NCBI GenBank assembly: GCA_964634595.1 | Contig: CAZWKU010000002.1 | Span: 4,070 to 68,069 of the forward strand | From: an uncultured Candidatus Saccharibacteria bacterium | GTDB lineage: Bacteria > Patescibacteriota > Minisyncoccia > Phycocordibacterales > Phycocordibacteraceae | Reading direction: 5' to 3' | Length of the DNA stretch: 64,000 nt | In this document: piece after piece, positions 30,650 through 40,597 of the stretch | Layout of the letters: each line of letters starts with the position of its first letter | Position numbering within the stretch: position 1 is the stretch's first letter | Translations under genes and position numbers: made by a program | Notes under the pieces: model-generated | The model's input: the letters and a program-made list of their open reading frames with translations, nothing else | What the model was told of the DNA's origin: nothing | Database searches by the model: none

Positions 30650-32575
30650 TTATGAAAGGGCGGAGAGGATGCGGGAGATAGAGCCCGAGGCGACACCGAG
30701 GACCTTGTCACCGCCACCGTAGTAGAGATAGAGCGTATCGCCGCGGACGATTTGCCCACACGCAAAGACGACATTGCCCACCTCGCCGCCTTTTTCGTAA
30801 TCGGTTTCGGGCTCAAAAATGGGGTCAGCGGTACGCGCCAACACAACGATGCCGGCGGCGTCAAGAAGGGCAGCGCCGAGGCGGTAGCGGCTCCGATGCG
30901 AGACGCCATGATAGATAAGGAGCCACGCGTGGTGCCCGGGGGAGAGGCTCACTTTTATTGGTGGCCCCGCAATGCCGACTTTGAGTGCGTCCCACATGCC
31001 CTCGCGCGGGCCCATGATCTCGATACAGCGCGAGACAGGTTTTTTGAAGGTGAGGTCAGGTAAAAGGTCGGCGCAGATACGCCCGGAGACCCGATGATAG
31101 AGGAGGTATTGCCCGCGGTATGCCTCGCCAAGGAGCCCCACATCTTTATCGTCAACCTGGTCTGGCGTCACGTGCACCGGCATGCTCCACTTGTCGAACT
31201 TGCGCGCCAAAAAGTCTTTAACGCTAATTGAGGTGATAGCGCCGCGCGGCGCCTTAACAGCATCGAAGGCGGTGTAGGTCATGTAGAGCATGTCGTCTAT
31301 CTGCACGATGCGCGGGTCTTCACAGCCTGAATTACCGCTTGCTTGTTTTGTCTCAAAGGTAGCGCGCGGCACGTAGCAGGGCTCAGGGAGGCGTTCATCT
31401 ATGTGAATACCATCTTTTGATAGTGCAAGACCAATGGTCGAGGTGTGATCGCTCCCCATCGCGCGGTAGAGGATATGGGCGGTACCGTCAATATCGAGCG
31501 CGGCGGCATTAAAGGTGGCGACACTTTCAAAGCCGCTACCTTGGGGTGTGAGGATAGGGTTTTGCGGAGCTCGCACGAGTGCGGGTGCCTTGCCCTTGGC
31601 GTCGAGAGTTTCGACCAGATCTGAAAGCTTCAGCTGTGCTTTTGCACAAATGGTGTCTGCGGCACCGTAGAAGAGGTCAAGGGTGCCGTCGCCGTTGTCG
31701 GTTGCTCCCGTGGGAAATACGATGTCAGGCACGAGCCCGTAGCGCTCATAGATCTCTTCAGGGACAAGAAAAGGGTAGGTGCGTCCTAGCACAATTGATG
31801 GATCATGGAGATCAAGAAGAGCGGCCTCAATACCGAACACACGCGGCCCGCCGCCAAAATAATTGACGATGTAGGAGTAGAAAATAAGCCAACCGCGCTC
31901 AGTCTTAATGGGAGGTGCTCCGGCCTCGATGTGGTCTCTGTCGCTGCGGCGGAGCTTCAAAATATGACTTTGCCAGTCGGCGTACCAGCGGGTCCAAAAG
32001 TCAGCCGACCAAAAATCTTCGATCTTGTCTGCCAGTGCGAGGCACATCTCTCCGGGTGGCCGATCAGTGTGTACGGTGAGTATGGCGGCATATTTAGTAC
32101 TCTTGTCGGCGAGCACCACTTTTTCAGGGAAGAGGGTAAAGGCCTTTGCATTGAAGGGGGTTACGAGGTGTCGCTCATCGAAATGTTCGCCATCTTTTGA
32201 TACAGCAACGCCGACTTTGATGTTGTCGGGGCCAAAAGGGTAGCCACCAAGCGCAGTATAGGTGACGTAGGTGGTGCCCTCGATGATAGTTGCGCGCGGG
32301 TCTTCACAGCCAAAGGCCTCCCAGACCTCTTGCGGGGCGATAACTTGCTGGCGCGTATGAAAATGGATACCGTCTTCAGAAAAAGCCGTGCCGATGGTTG
32401 ATTGACCTGCGTAGGGTGAGACAAGTGCCGCTGGGTTTGCAAGTGCCCGGTAGTACATACGCACACCATCTTTGACTCGTACCACACTTGGGTTAAAGGT
32501 GCCTAAAGACTCCCACGGGTGCTCACGCCTCGGTGAAAGGATGGGGTTGTGACTTGATCGTCGTGCGACAAACAT
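30650..32575 (-). CDS. Tandem two-domain GH130-family protein (beta-mannoside phosphorylase/glycosidase-like, DUF377)
   Basis: Two ~320-aa halves each with N-terminal NPIL(S/T)P...FNP...YRA motifs. Confidence 0.7.
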   Translation of the reverse strand: MFVARRSSHNPILSPRREHPWESLGTFNPSVVRVKDGVRMYYRALANPAALVSPYAGQSTIGTAFSEDGIHFHTRQQVIAPQEVWEAFGCEDPRATIIEGTTYVTYTALGGYPFGPDNIKVGVAVSKDGEHFDERHLVTPFNAKAFTLFPEKVVLADKSTKYAAILTVHTDRPPGEMCLALADKIEDFWSADFWTRWYADWQSHILKLRRSDRDHIEAGAPPIKTERGWLIFYSYIVNYFGGGPRVFGIEAALLDLHDPSIVLGRTYPFLVPEEIYERYGLVPDIVFPTGATDNGDGTLDLFYGAADTICAKAQLKLSDLVETLDAKGKAPALVRAPQNPILTPQGSGFESVATFNAAALDIDGTAHILYRAMGSDHTSTIGLALSKDGIHIDERLPEPCYVPRATFETKQASGNSGCEDPRIVQIDDMLYMTYTAFDAVKAPRGAITSISVKDFLARKFDKWSMPVHVTPDQVDDKDVGLLGEAYRGQYLLYHRVSGRICADLLPDLTFKKPVSRCIEIMGPREGMWDALKVGIAGPPIKVSLSPGHHAWLLIYHGVSHRSRYRLGAALLDAAGIVVLARTADPIFEPETDYEKGGEVGNVVFACGQIVRGDTLYLYYGGGDKVLGVASGSISRILSALS

Positions 32576-32587
32576 AAGCTAATTCTA

Positions 32588-33742
32588 TCAGGTCGCCTCT
32601 ATCTGTTCGGGGTAAAGCGCAGCTGCCGCACCCTGCTCGAGAGCCTGGAGAAAACGCTCGAGGTGAGCAGTGGCGACACAGACTACCTTGTCGGCGCCAC
32701 CGTAGTAGAGGTAGATATGTCCATCCTGAATAGTCGCACCGCACGCGTACACCACACCGGGCTTGCCTATGTTTTCATATTCAAAATCAGGTTCGAGGAC
32801 AGGTGTTTGTCCGCGGGCGACAATGTGGGTGGGGTCGTTAAGGTCAAGGAGCATGGCGCCTATTTTGTAGCGCGAGTCGCCTGGTGAGTGCGCATGGTAA
32901 AAAAGGAGCCAGCCTCGGTCAGTTCGCAAGGGTGGGGGGCCCGCACTGCGTACGTGGTCGTGCCACGCTATAAGCTTGTCCTTGCTTTGTTGCGGGTCAG
33001 GGCTCTCGAAGCCCCGCTCGCGGAGCAGGCGAAGGTCATCAGTGTACTCAATGCGTACTCGGTCATCAGACTCTCCAATAATGCTGTGGAGCACGGCAAA
33101 TTTGCCGCGTATCTTTTCGGGAAAGAGGACCCAATTTTTATCCCTGCTCCCGTGAGAAAGTACGGTGGGGCCATCCCATTTGTAGAAACGTTTCTTCACA
33201 AAGTCTTCGGTGGAGAGGGAGATGTAGCCTACGCGAAGTGTCCAATGTTCAAACATATTGAAGGTGACATAGACCGTATCCTCAATGGTAACCATACGCG
33301 GGTCTTCGCAACCGCCCCAACTACCGCCTGAAGGGTAGAGAACGGGCGAATATCGTTGCATGTTCCGTGGTACTGCGCCAAGTCCATTTGCGACATAGAC
33401 AGGGTAGGGGAGGCGCTCGTCAAAACGAAGGCCATCTTGGGAGGATGCGTAGCCGAGGCGCGAGACGCCGTCGGCGCCTATGGCCCGATATACGAGGTGG
33501 GTGCGACCGCCGATGATGGCGGCGGCCGGGTTAAGTACAGCCTCGGCCTGCCATAGGTGTTTGTCAGGCCGCAGTATTGGATTAAGAAGTGGGCGAGAAA
33601 AGCCGAACCCAAGCCGCGCCACACGCTTGATCGCGGCTACAACTGCTTCGCGGAAGGGGCGCGAGAAAGCCGCGCCGAGCACGCACCCTATGACAAATAG
33701 AGAGATAAGGAGCGCGAACCAGTAGACAAGCAGAAGTGTCAT
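32588..33742 (-). CDS. GH130-family protein with N-terminal transmembrane anchor
   Basis: TM helix then LNPILRPD...AVLNPAA...VYRAIG GH130 signature. Confidence 0.7.
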   Translation of the reverse strand: MTLLLVYWFALLISLFVIGCVLGAAFSRPFREAVVAAIKRVARLGFGFSRPLLNPILRPDKHLWQAEAVLNPAAAIIGGRTHLVYRAIGADGVSRLGYASSQDGLRFDERLPYPVYVANGLGAVPRNMQRYSPVLYPSGGSWGGCEDPRMVTIEDTVYVTFNMFEHWTLRVGYISLSTEDFVKKRFYKWDGPTVLSHGSRDKNWVLFPEKIRGKFAVLHSIIGESDDRVRIEYTDDLRLLRERGFESPDPQQSKDKLIAWHDHVRSAGPPPLRTDRGWLLFYHAHSPGDSRYKIGAMLLDLNDPTHIVARGQTPVLEPDFEYENIGKPGVVYACGATIQDGHIYLYYGGADKVVCVATAHLERFLQALEQGAAAALYPEQIEAT

Positions 33743-34101
33743 TAGGGAGAAGATCGCCCAAAGTCATCTGCAACGCGCACGATGTCGCCCTCGTCAAAGG
33801 TGCCAAGCACGAGCTCGAGTACTGCGATGCCATTTTCGCCCCCAGCAAGTCGGTGCTCGGTGCCAATGGGGATCTCAAACTCGTCGCCCACATGAGCCTG
33901 GTGATCAATGCTCCCAATAGTAACCGTACCGTCGCCCTCAATAACGCGCCAAAACTCTGCGCGTGCGTGGTGATACTGCAAAGAGAGGCGTTTCTCAGGC
34001 GCAACTCGTAGTATCTTTACGGTGACTGGCTCAGCAAGCGTGAAGCGTTCAAACGAGCCCCAGGGACGATCCTCGCGGTCGCGGTTATTGAGGAGTGCCA
34101 T
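33742..34101 (-). CDS. Cupin-domain protein (type II phosphomannose isomerase C-terminal cupin-like)
   Basis: RPWGSFERF...LSLQYHHARAEFWRVIEGDG...GTEHRLAGGENG...DIVRVADDFGR. Confidence 0.65.
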   Translation of the reverse strand: MALLNNRDREDRPWGSFERFTLAEPVTVKILRVAPEKRLSLQYHHARAEFWRVIEGDGTVTIGSIDHQAHVGDEFEIPIGTEHRLAGGENGIAVLELVLGTFDEGDIVRVADDFGRSSP

Positions 34102-34120
34102 CCCCTAACGATACCATTTA

Positions 34121-34888
34121 TTAGATAAAGAAAAGGTAAAAAACCACAGCGAGGAGGATACGGTAGACGCCAAAGGCGGTAAAAGAGTGCCAGCGTACAT
34201 AAGAAAGTAACCAGCGCACTGAGGCAAGCGCGACAACAAAAGAGGATACAAAACCAACAAGGATAAGTATCCACTCGCCGTTGGAAAAGGCAAAACCCTC
34301 ACTAACAAGGTCAAGCCCTGAGGCGGCGAGGAGGGTGGGGACTGCTAGCAGAAAGGAGAACTCAACTATAGAAGTGCGCGAGTAACCAAGCGCAAGCCCG
34401 CCAATAACCGTGGCGGCGCTTCGCGAGACGCCCGGGATAATCGCAATTGCTTGAAAGAGACCGATGATAAGCGCATCGCGTGAGGACATGGGCTTTTCGA
34501 CAAGCTCTTCTTCAGGATGCTTCGCGTGAAAGTACTCGAAAATGATCAGGGCTATGCCCCCGCCAACAAGGGCAACAAGCACAATAAACACGTCGCCGAG
34601 CAAGTACTCTCGTGCAAAAGGATATAGTGCAAAACCCACGATACCGGTTGGGATAAAGGCGAGTGCGATTTTTTTAAGCTTCTCTACATCAAGAAACGAT
34701 CGCCAATAGAGCGCAACGACGGCGAGGATAGCTCCTAGCTGTACAACGATATCAAAGCTCTTTGAAAACTCGGTGACCGCGTTGCCAAGCGCGGCATTCG
34801 TAAGGATAAGGTGGCCGGTCGAAGATATGGGCAAAAACTCCGTCGCCCCCTCGACTATCCCGAGGAGTATTGCATCAAACCAAGTCAT
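34121..34888 (-). CDS. uppP: Undecaprenyl-diphosphatase
   Basis: GIVEGATEFLPISSTGHLIL motif; 8-TM BacA/UppP architecture. Confidence 0.85.
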   Translation of the reverse strand: MTWFDAILLGIVEGATEFLPISSTGHLILTNAALGNAVTEFSKSFDIVVQLGAILAVVALYWRSFLDVEKLKKIALAFIPTGIVGFALYPFAREYLLGDVFIVLVALVGGGIALIIFEYFHAKHPEEELVEKPMSSRDALIIGLFQAIAIIPGVSRSAATVIGGLALGYSRTSIVEFSFLLAVPTLLAASGLDLVSEGFAFSNGEWILILVGFVSSFVVALASVRWLLSYVRWHSFTAFGVYRILLAVVFYLFFI

Positions 34889-34990
34889 ATTTAGAGTGTA
34901 GCACGCCCCCGCCAGACCACTTGACAGAGAGTTGTCAATGTGCTATCATATAAAAAGCGAGGTAGTTACTAGCTATTTCGTCATCTAATT

Positions 34991-35533
34991 ATGTCTACAT
35001 TCGTACTCGGAGGCCTTATGGCCTTTTTTATCTTCACCGGCACCGCCGGGCACGCTACCGCACCCGACTTGCCGAGCTTCACTGCCGCGGTAACGGCCTA
35101 TAATGCCGTGCCCGAGCAGACTGACAGCGACCCGTTCACTACTGCTTCAGGAGCCTTCTCTAACCCAGAGATTGTTGCCGCACGCTCGCGTGACCTCGCT
35201 GATACACTACCCTTTGGTACCGTTATCGCTATCGAGACCGCACCGCGCTCAGATAGCTGTGGGATGTCGCTCATGGAGCGCTCTATCGGGTATCGCGTTA
35301 TCGCAGATACCATGAACCCTCGCATCACTAACACCGTTGACCTTCTCATCGCTACCGATGATATGGTGCAGGTGGGTGACAAGAGGGTGAATGCGGCCCG
35401 CGCGCTTGGGGTGTGTGAGGAGGTGACGATTCGTATCGTGGGTAAAATTGATATGACGAAACCCTCAAAAATCCCCAAAAGCCAAATGGAGCTTATTGCG
35501 CTCTTTGGCACCTCAGCCCTCGCCATCAAATAA
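34991..35533 (+). CDS. 3D-domain (RlpA/MltA-like double-psi beta-barrel) secreted protein
   Basis: Signal peptide; conserved Asp pattern IADTMNPRITNTVDLLI. Confidence 0.55.
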   Translation: MSTFVLGGLMAFFIFTGTAGHATAPDLPSFTAAVTAYNAVPEQTDSDPFTTASGAFSNPEIVAARSRDLADTLPFGTVIAIETAPRSDSCGMSLMERSIGYRVIADTMNPRITNTVDLLIATDDMVQVGDKRVNAARALGVCEEVTIRIVGKIDMTKPSKIPKSQMELIALFGTSALAIK

Positions 35534-35554
35534 AATATATTGTGATGCTCAGGT

Positions 35555-35597
35555 CAACCGCCGCTCTCCCGCAAGGAGAGCGGCGGTTGCGTTTGTG
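35555..35597 (+). terminator. Rho-independent terminator (CAACCGCCGCTCTCC...GGAGAGCGGCGGTTG)
   Basis: 15-bp perfect stem, T-rich tail. Confidence 0.55.
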
Positions 35598-35614
35598 CTA
35601 CGCTTGAGAGAAGT

Positions 35615-36205
35615 ATGGAGTCTCTTACCTTACTCATCATTGAATACCGTTACTGGTTTCTTATCCCGCTCACATTTCTTGAAGGGCCTATTGTTGCGCT
35701 TCTTGCGGGTACTCTCGCTGCCGCACACTATTTTGATATATACCTCCTTGCACTCATTTTCATTATACGAGAAGTGGTGATGGACGGAGTGTATTACGCG
35801 CTTGGATATTACGGCGGTAAGATTGTCTGGGTGCAAAAAATGCTACACAGAGCAGGCATTCACGAAGACCATTTGGACGATATACGGCTATTGTGGGAAC
35901 GGTACCCTTTTCGAACCATGTTCGTAGGTAAAATCTCATATGGTATTGCGCTGGTATTTATACTTTGCGCCGGCTTCATACGCATGAATCTGTGGAGATT
36001 TTATGGGTATGGGATGGTTGTGGCAGTGATCCAATACGGTGTCTTATTGGCGATTGGCTATGGATACGGAAACGCATTTAGTGGAGATTTGATACACATG
36101 TTCGAACAGGCGCACTACCTCATAGCGCTCATTACGCTCATAGGTGTTATCTATTATGTGCTCGCAAAGCGTGCCAAGAGAAAGTTGTTTGAAGTGTCTG
36201 GTTAG
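35615..36205 (+). CDS. Membrane protein, possibly DedA/VTT family
   Basis: 5-6 TM helices; weak DedA-like pattern. Confidence 0.45.
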   Translation: MESLTLLIIEYRYWFLIPLTFLEGPIVALLAGTLAAAHYFDIYLLALIFIIREVVMDGVYYALGYYGGKIVWVQKMLHRAGIHEDHLDDIRLLWERYPFRTMFVGKISYGIALVFILCAGFIRMNLWRFYGYGMVVAVIQYGVLLAIGYGYGNAFSGDLIHMFEQAHYLIALITLIGVIYYVLAKRAKRKLFEVSG

Positions 36206-36948
36206 AGTCGCTTCAGCTTGCGCAGTTGATACATTTGGCGGATAGACCCGAGCACGCCCGCTATGTGGATAATGTTGGTAACCATTTTTATATCGTGTCG
36301 CACGCCACGCCATAATCCATGCTTAGCTTGTTTCGCGGGGTTCTCAACATTTGGCCACGCCACCGAAGCAATTCGCAGTTTTGCCTTGATGACGAGCGAG
36401 TTGATATACACTTCAATACCAAAACCAGGGAGCGATCGAATCGTCTGTAAATTGTGTGCCAGGAGCTTTCTTGGGACCACGCGCTCTCCAGAGAGATAGT
36501 CAATACCAATAAGTTTTAGAGCTCGGTTGATACCGATGGCGCGCCAGAACCCTCGTGCATTGATTCGGAAACTGATACTCATATCTGCATCTCCAGAAAG
36601 GACGGGAGCAAGCAGTGCCGAGATATTTTCCTCCGTAAGACCGTAGAGGTCAGCATCGAGAAAACAAAGCAAATCACCCGAAGATTTTTCAATACCTTGT
36701 GCCAGTGCATAACTTTTACCCCTATTTTTGGGCAGCGTGATAAGCGTAATAGGGAAACGTGCCGCGACAGCACTCGTATCGTCAGTGGATCCATCGTCAA
36801 CTACGATAACCTCCGCTATATCGGGTCGTCCGACCACTAGGGGGATAATAGTACCGATGCGTGGAGCCTCATTGTACGCGGGGATAATCACGGAGACTCG
36901 ATGTATCATAGACGTACTAAGTATGCTATAGAGATTCACCACTATCAA
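36202..36948 (-). CDS. Family-2 glycosyltransferase (dolichyl/polyprenyl-phosphate mannose/glucose synthase-like)
   Basis: VSVIIPAYNEAPRI, VDDGSTDDT, DADL motifs. Confidence 0.8.
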   Translation of the reverse strand: MIVVNLYSILSTSMIHRVSVIIPAYNEAPRIGTIIPLVVGRPDIAEVIVVDDGSTDDTSAVAARFPITLITLPKNRGKSYALAQGIEKSSGDLLCFLDADLYGLTEENISALLAPVLSGDADMSISFRINARGFWRAIGINRALKLIGIDYLSGERVVPRKLLAHNLQTIRSLPGFGIEVYINSLVIKAKLRIASVAWPNVENPAKQAKHGLWRGVRHDIKMVTNIIHIAGVLGSIRQMYQLRKLKRL

Positions 36949-37027
36949 CAGGGGGGGCTACACCGAGGCTATAAATCATTCATAATAGAGAGGTTCGTTT
37001 ACCTAACTAATCTTTTACTCAATCTAT

Positions 37028-37276
37028 ATGAAAGGGATGCACATGATTGCCTTTATCCTCACTATTGTCGGCGGCCTTAATTGGGGTCTGGTTGGCGTAG
37101 GTGGGTTTATGGGGCAGGAGCTTAATCTCGTCAACATGTTGCTTGGTGCATGGCCGCAGGTAGAATGGTTGGTCTATATCTTGGTTGGCCTCTCGGCACT
37201 CTGGCTTGCCGTTATGCACAAAAGTGATTGCCGTATGTGCTCGGGCGGAGGAATGGCTGGCGGCATGCCGATGTAA
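37028..37276 (+). CDS. DUF378-family small membrane protein
   Basis: IAFILTIVGGLNWGLVG typical DUF378 start; Cys/Met/Gly-rich tail. Confidence 0.55.
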   Translation: MKGMHMIAFILTIVGGLNWGLVGVGGFMGQELNLVNMLLGAWPQVEWLVYILVGLSALWLAVMHKSDCRMCSGGGMAGGMPM

Positions 37277-37293
37277 CCCAACCTGGGGAGAAC

Positions 37294-37322
37294 AAAAGCG
37301 CCCTCGTAGGGCGCTTTTGCGT
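37294..37322 (+). terminator. Rho-independent terminator (AAAAGCGCCCTCGTAGGGCGCTTTTGC)
   Basis: Hairpin plus T-run. Confidence 0.5.
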
Positions 37323-37333
37323 ATACTTGGAGC

Positions 37334-37963
37334 ATGTTCGGTCTTACTCAGCACGAGCTCGCCCTGATCAAGAAACTTACTACTCCCATCAAGATTCAAG
37401 ATTTTTTAGACCAGTTGCCGTTTAATTTTGAAGAAAAGGGGGAGACGCACATGAGCCCTCGCCGCGTGCTTCGCACGCGGCGAGCACAGTGTATCGAGGG
37501 CGCGCTCTTGGCGGCTCTCGCGCTCGTCGTGCATGGCGAGAAGCCGCTCCTTATGGATTTTCGCGCGAGGAAAAACGACGATGACCATGTCGTTGCACTG
37601 TATCGTAAGAACGGCTACTGGGGGCTTATCTCAAAAACGAATCACGCCACGATTCGCTTTCGTGACCCCGTTTACAAAACGCTCCGAGAGCTCGCGCTCT
37701 CTTATTATCACGAGTGGTTCTTAAACACGACAGGAGAGAAAACGCTTGAGAGCTACTCAAACCCTCTCGACCTCTCAAAAATGAAACGCAACTGGGTCAC
37801 TGACGAGGCCGACCTTTGGTGGCTCGATAGAGAGCTCGATCGGCTACCACATCACTCGCTGGTACCGCCGAAAAACAGGCAATACCTACGTGATGCTGAC
37901 CCGATGGAGCTCAGGGCGGGCCGCCTTGTCGAATGGCACGCGAGGGGCAAGAAATCTCGCTAA
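37334..37963 (+). CDS. Hypothetical protein with conserved Cys...His...Asp pattern (possible papain/transglutaminase-like fold)
   Basis: RRAQCIEGALLAALAL ... DDDHVVALY ... ISKTNH. Confidence 0.4.
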   Translation: MFGLTQHELALIKKLTTPIKIQDFLDQLPFNFEEKGETHMSPRRVLRTRRAQCIEGALLAALALVVHGEKPLLMDFRARKNDDDHVVALYRKNGYWGLISKTNHATIRFRDPVYKTLRELALSYYHEWFLNTTGEKTLESYSNPLDLSKMKRNWVTDEADLWWLDRELDRLPHHSLVPPKNRQYLRDADPMELRAGRLVEWHARGKKSR

Positions 37964-38388
37964 AAGAGCTTGTTGCTGTGCCCGCGGTAGCGGGTGAAGA
38001 GGCGTAGCGCCGCAAGTAGGTAGATAACACCGACAATCATAAAGACTGTTGGGTCGGTGCTGATGCGCATGCCGATATTGATGTGAAATATGCCGTTGAA
38101 ACCCATATTAATGCCTGAAATAATACTCACCCAAAAAGCGGCGAGATCCCAATAGTCTTGGTGGCCAAAAAGTTTTTGATCAGCGCGAAGCCAGTGGTAG
38201 AGCAGGTATGCAGAGACAATACCCGAGACTATCCAAAAGACATAAAGTATATTTGCCCCTACATCAGCAAAAGCAGGGAAGAGGTAGATAAGGGGTGGCA
38301 CACCGCCCAAAAAGAGTGCGGCTGCGGCGATAAGGAGCCGTGCCTGCGACCAGTAAAATGCGTAGCGAACAAGTGTTGCGGGGCGCAT
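37960..38388 (-). CDS. Integral membrane protein, hypothetical
   Basis: 4 TM helices. Confidence 0.4.
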   Translation of the reverse strand: MRPATLVRYAFYWSQARLLIAAAALFLGGVPPLIYLFPAFADVGANILYVFWIVSGIVSAYLLYHWLRADQKLFGHQDYWDLAAFWVSIISGINMGFNGIFHINIGMRISTDPTVFMIVGVIYLLAALRLFTRYRGHSNKLF

Positions 38389-38439
38389 AGGTTAAAGGGC
38401 TAATGAGTAATTACGCAGTAAGTATACCAAGTGTGAGGC

Positions 38440-39027
38440 GTGGTACAGTGTGGTTATCCTATGCTCCCTCCCTCAATAGTGCTTGCCATCGCCATTCTTA
38501 CCGTGTTTTTAGCACTGGTCGTAGGTCTCAAATACGCGGTTCAAGATAATTTCACGCGCACCCGCATAGGCATGACCGCATTTTTTGTCTTTATTGTTGT
38601 CACACTCACCATTTCTTTTTGGGAGCATGCGCTCGTCACGCTCCCGTTTACCGTCCCCTCGGCAATTGTTGGTATCATCATAGGGTACGTGCTTGGGGTT
38701 CGGACCGAGCAACAAAAGCTCGCGATGCACGGGCTCGAGTATTACATGGACCACTTTGCCCACATTCACCTCTCTGATTTTATGCATCTCACGTGGTGGA
38801 GTTTTATCAACTTTTATTCGGTTATGGGTGCGCTCGCACTCATTAATCTCGTTGGCCTAACCAATGTGATCTTTGCAGGCTCAGAGTCCTTGACCGAGCT
38901 CCTTGCTATCTGCTCGTCTGTCTTCGGTGCCTTCTTAATAGGCAGTATCGTCCCCTACCTCCTCCACCTCTGGAGCATTCGCCTTGGTCGAAAACCTAGG
39001 TTGAGTGAAAAAATTAAGGGGTGGTGA
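38440..39027 (+). CDS. Integral membrane protein, hypothetical
   Basis: 5 TM helices. Confidence 0.4.
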   Translation: MVQCGYPMLPPSIVLAIAILTVFLALVVGLKYAVQDNFTRTRIGMTAFFVFIVVTLTISFWEHALVTLPFTVPSAIVGIIIGYVLGVRTEQQKLAMHGLEYYMDHFAHIHLSDFMHLTWWSFINFYSVMGALALINLVGLTNVIFAGSESLTELLAICSSVFGAFLIGSIVPYLLHLWSIRLGRKPRLSEKIKGW

Positions 39028-39727
39028 GGTAGAGGGTGAAAGCGAGGAGGATAATGAGGGAGAGGAGAAAGGTGTGCTTGGCGAATTTTTTAGTTTGAGG
39101 CGTGGGAGGTCGGGTAATGAAGGAGGGGATACCGGCCGCCGTATAATCGTCGTAGCAATAGATCGCGATCGCGATAAAGTGCCCTATTTGCCATACAAAA
39201 AGAAATGCAAACAGGGTGAGCGCGGTGAGATCAAGCGTATTTGCAACTGCGGTGTAGCCGACCACGGGCGGCATCGCCCCTGCCACGGCGCCCACAAAGA
39301 GCGCGTGGCGAGTGCGGCGCTTAAGGGGTGTATACGCGCCTACATAAACGAGGAGCCCAAAGAGCGCCATGAGTGTGGTGAGTAGGTTGGTACCTATACC
39401 GAGGGTGAGCGTGCCGAGTACGCCGAGTACGAGCGCAAAAGATTTTGCATTTTTAAGGGAGATCTCTCCCGTGACAAGTGGGCGATCTTTGGTGCGCGCC
39501 ATGCGCGCATCAATGTCGCGGTCGAGATAATTATTTGCGGCGCAGGCCGAGGCAATAATAAGCCCAAGCCCGATAGCCATGGCCACGAGGCGTACCCAAT
39601 CGACCGGTTCGCCCGATACGTAAAAAAAGCCGCCAAGCGCAACCAGCACATTGCCGTAGACAATACCGGGCTTTGCGAGCCGGTAGTATGCATTAATCAC
39701 GCTGGTTTTGAGGAGAAACGATGCCAT
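39014..39727 (-). CDS. cyoE: Protoheme IX farnesyltransferase (heme O synthase), UbiA family
   Basis: NNYLDRDIDARMARTKDRPLVTGEIS; last gene of cyo operon. Confidence 0.75.
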   Translation of the reverse strand: MASFLLKTSVINAYYRLAKPGIVYGNVLVALGGFFYVSGEPVDWVRLVAMAIGLGLIIASACAANNYLDRDIDARMARTKDRPLVTGEISLKNAKSFALVLGVLGTLTLGIGTNLLTTLMALFGLLVYVGAYTPLKRRTRHALFVGAVAGAMPPVVGYTAVANTLDLTALTLFAFLFVWQIGHFIAIAIYCYDDYTAAGIPSFITRPPTPQTKKFAKHTFLLSLIILLAFTLYLTTP

Positions 39728-40025
39728 CTTTAAATTTTTCTAGATCACCTTGGTGGTGCTCGAGGTGTCCCATGATCCAAAGCGTACCACCCACAAGAAT
39801 ACCCACAACAATAAGGGTGAAGGCAAAAAATGCAACCTCGAACTCCTGGCCCTTTTCGCGCCCCAGGTGGAGAAAGTAGATGAGCTGTACGCCAAGCTGG
39901 AGCAGAGCGAGTAATACCAAAAGTGTTTTTGCCAAGGTACCGCTTACGCCAAACACAATGATGAGCGCCGCAAGGAGCGTGAGGAGGAGTGAAAGGCTAA
40001 AGCCAATAAGGTAGCGCCGTATCAT
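39693..40025 (-). CDS. cyoD: Quinol oxidase subunit IV
   Basis: 3 TM helices; start set at ATG overlapping cyoC stop (ATGA). Confidence 0.65.
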   Translation of the reverse strand: MIRRYLIGFSLSLLLTLLAALIIVFGVSGTLAKTLLVLLALLQLGVQLIYFLHLGREKGQEFEVAFFAFTLIVVGILVGGTLWIMGHLEHHQGDLEKFKDGIVSPQNQRD

Positions 40026-40597
40026 ACAAAAGCAAAGAGATACACTATCGTGAAGAGGAATATCCAAATAAGGTCGAGGAAGTGCCAATAGAGCCCGAGA
40101 CAGGAGAGTTTACGCAGTGTGCCCTCAGTAAAGCCACGGAGCACAAGGTGCATACCTACCACGAACATCCAAAGGAGCCCCACGCTCACATGGAGCCCAT
40201 GCGTGCCCACCAGTGTGAAAAAGGCTGAGAGAAACGCATTGGTAGCAGGGCCGTGGCCCTCGGCTATCAGGTGCGCAAACTCTACAAGCTCAAGGGCAAC
40301 GAAACTGGCACCAAGAATAAAGGTAGCGGCAAGCGCAAGAAGAGCTAGGGTCTTTTTTGCATGCCCTGCTGCAATGAGTGCAAGCCCCATCAAAAAGCTC
40401 GAGGTGAGCAGGACAATGCTTTGGGTCAGTACAAACGAGAGTGAAAAGAGCTCTTTGCCGCCAGGGCCGCCAAAGGTCGCGCTCTCGAGTACGGCGTAGG
40501 TTGCGAAGAGGCCCGCGAAGAGAACAGCGTCGGTCATCAGATAGACCCAAAAGCCAAAGGTGACGGTACTGGTGTGGGGTGAGGGTGTGTGACTCAT
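40022..40597 (-). CDS. cyoC: Quinol oxidase subunit III
   Basis: Heme-copper oxidase subunit III fold, 5 TM helices. Confidence 0.85.
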   Translation of the reverse strand: MSHTPSPHTSTVTFGFWVYLMTDAVLFAGLFATYAVLESATFGGPGGKELFSLSFVLTQSIVLLTSSFLMGLALIAAGHAKKTLALLALAATFILGASFVALELVEFAHLIAEGHGPATNAFLSAFFTLVGTHGLHVSVGLLWMFVVGMHLVLRGFTEGTLRKLSCLGLYWHFLDLIWIFLFTIVYLFAFV

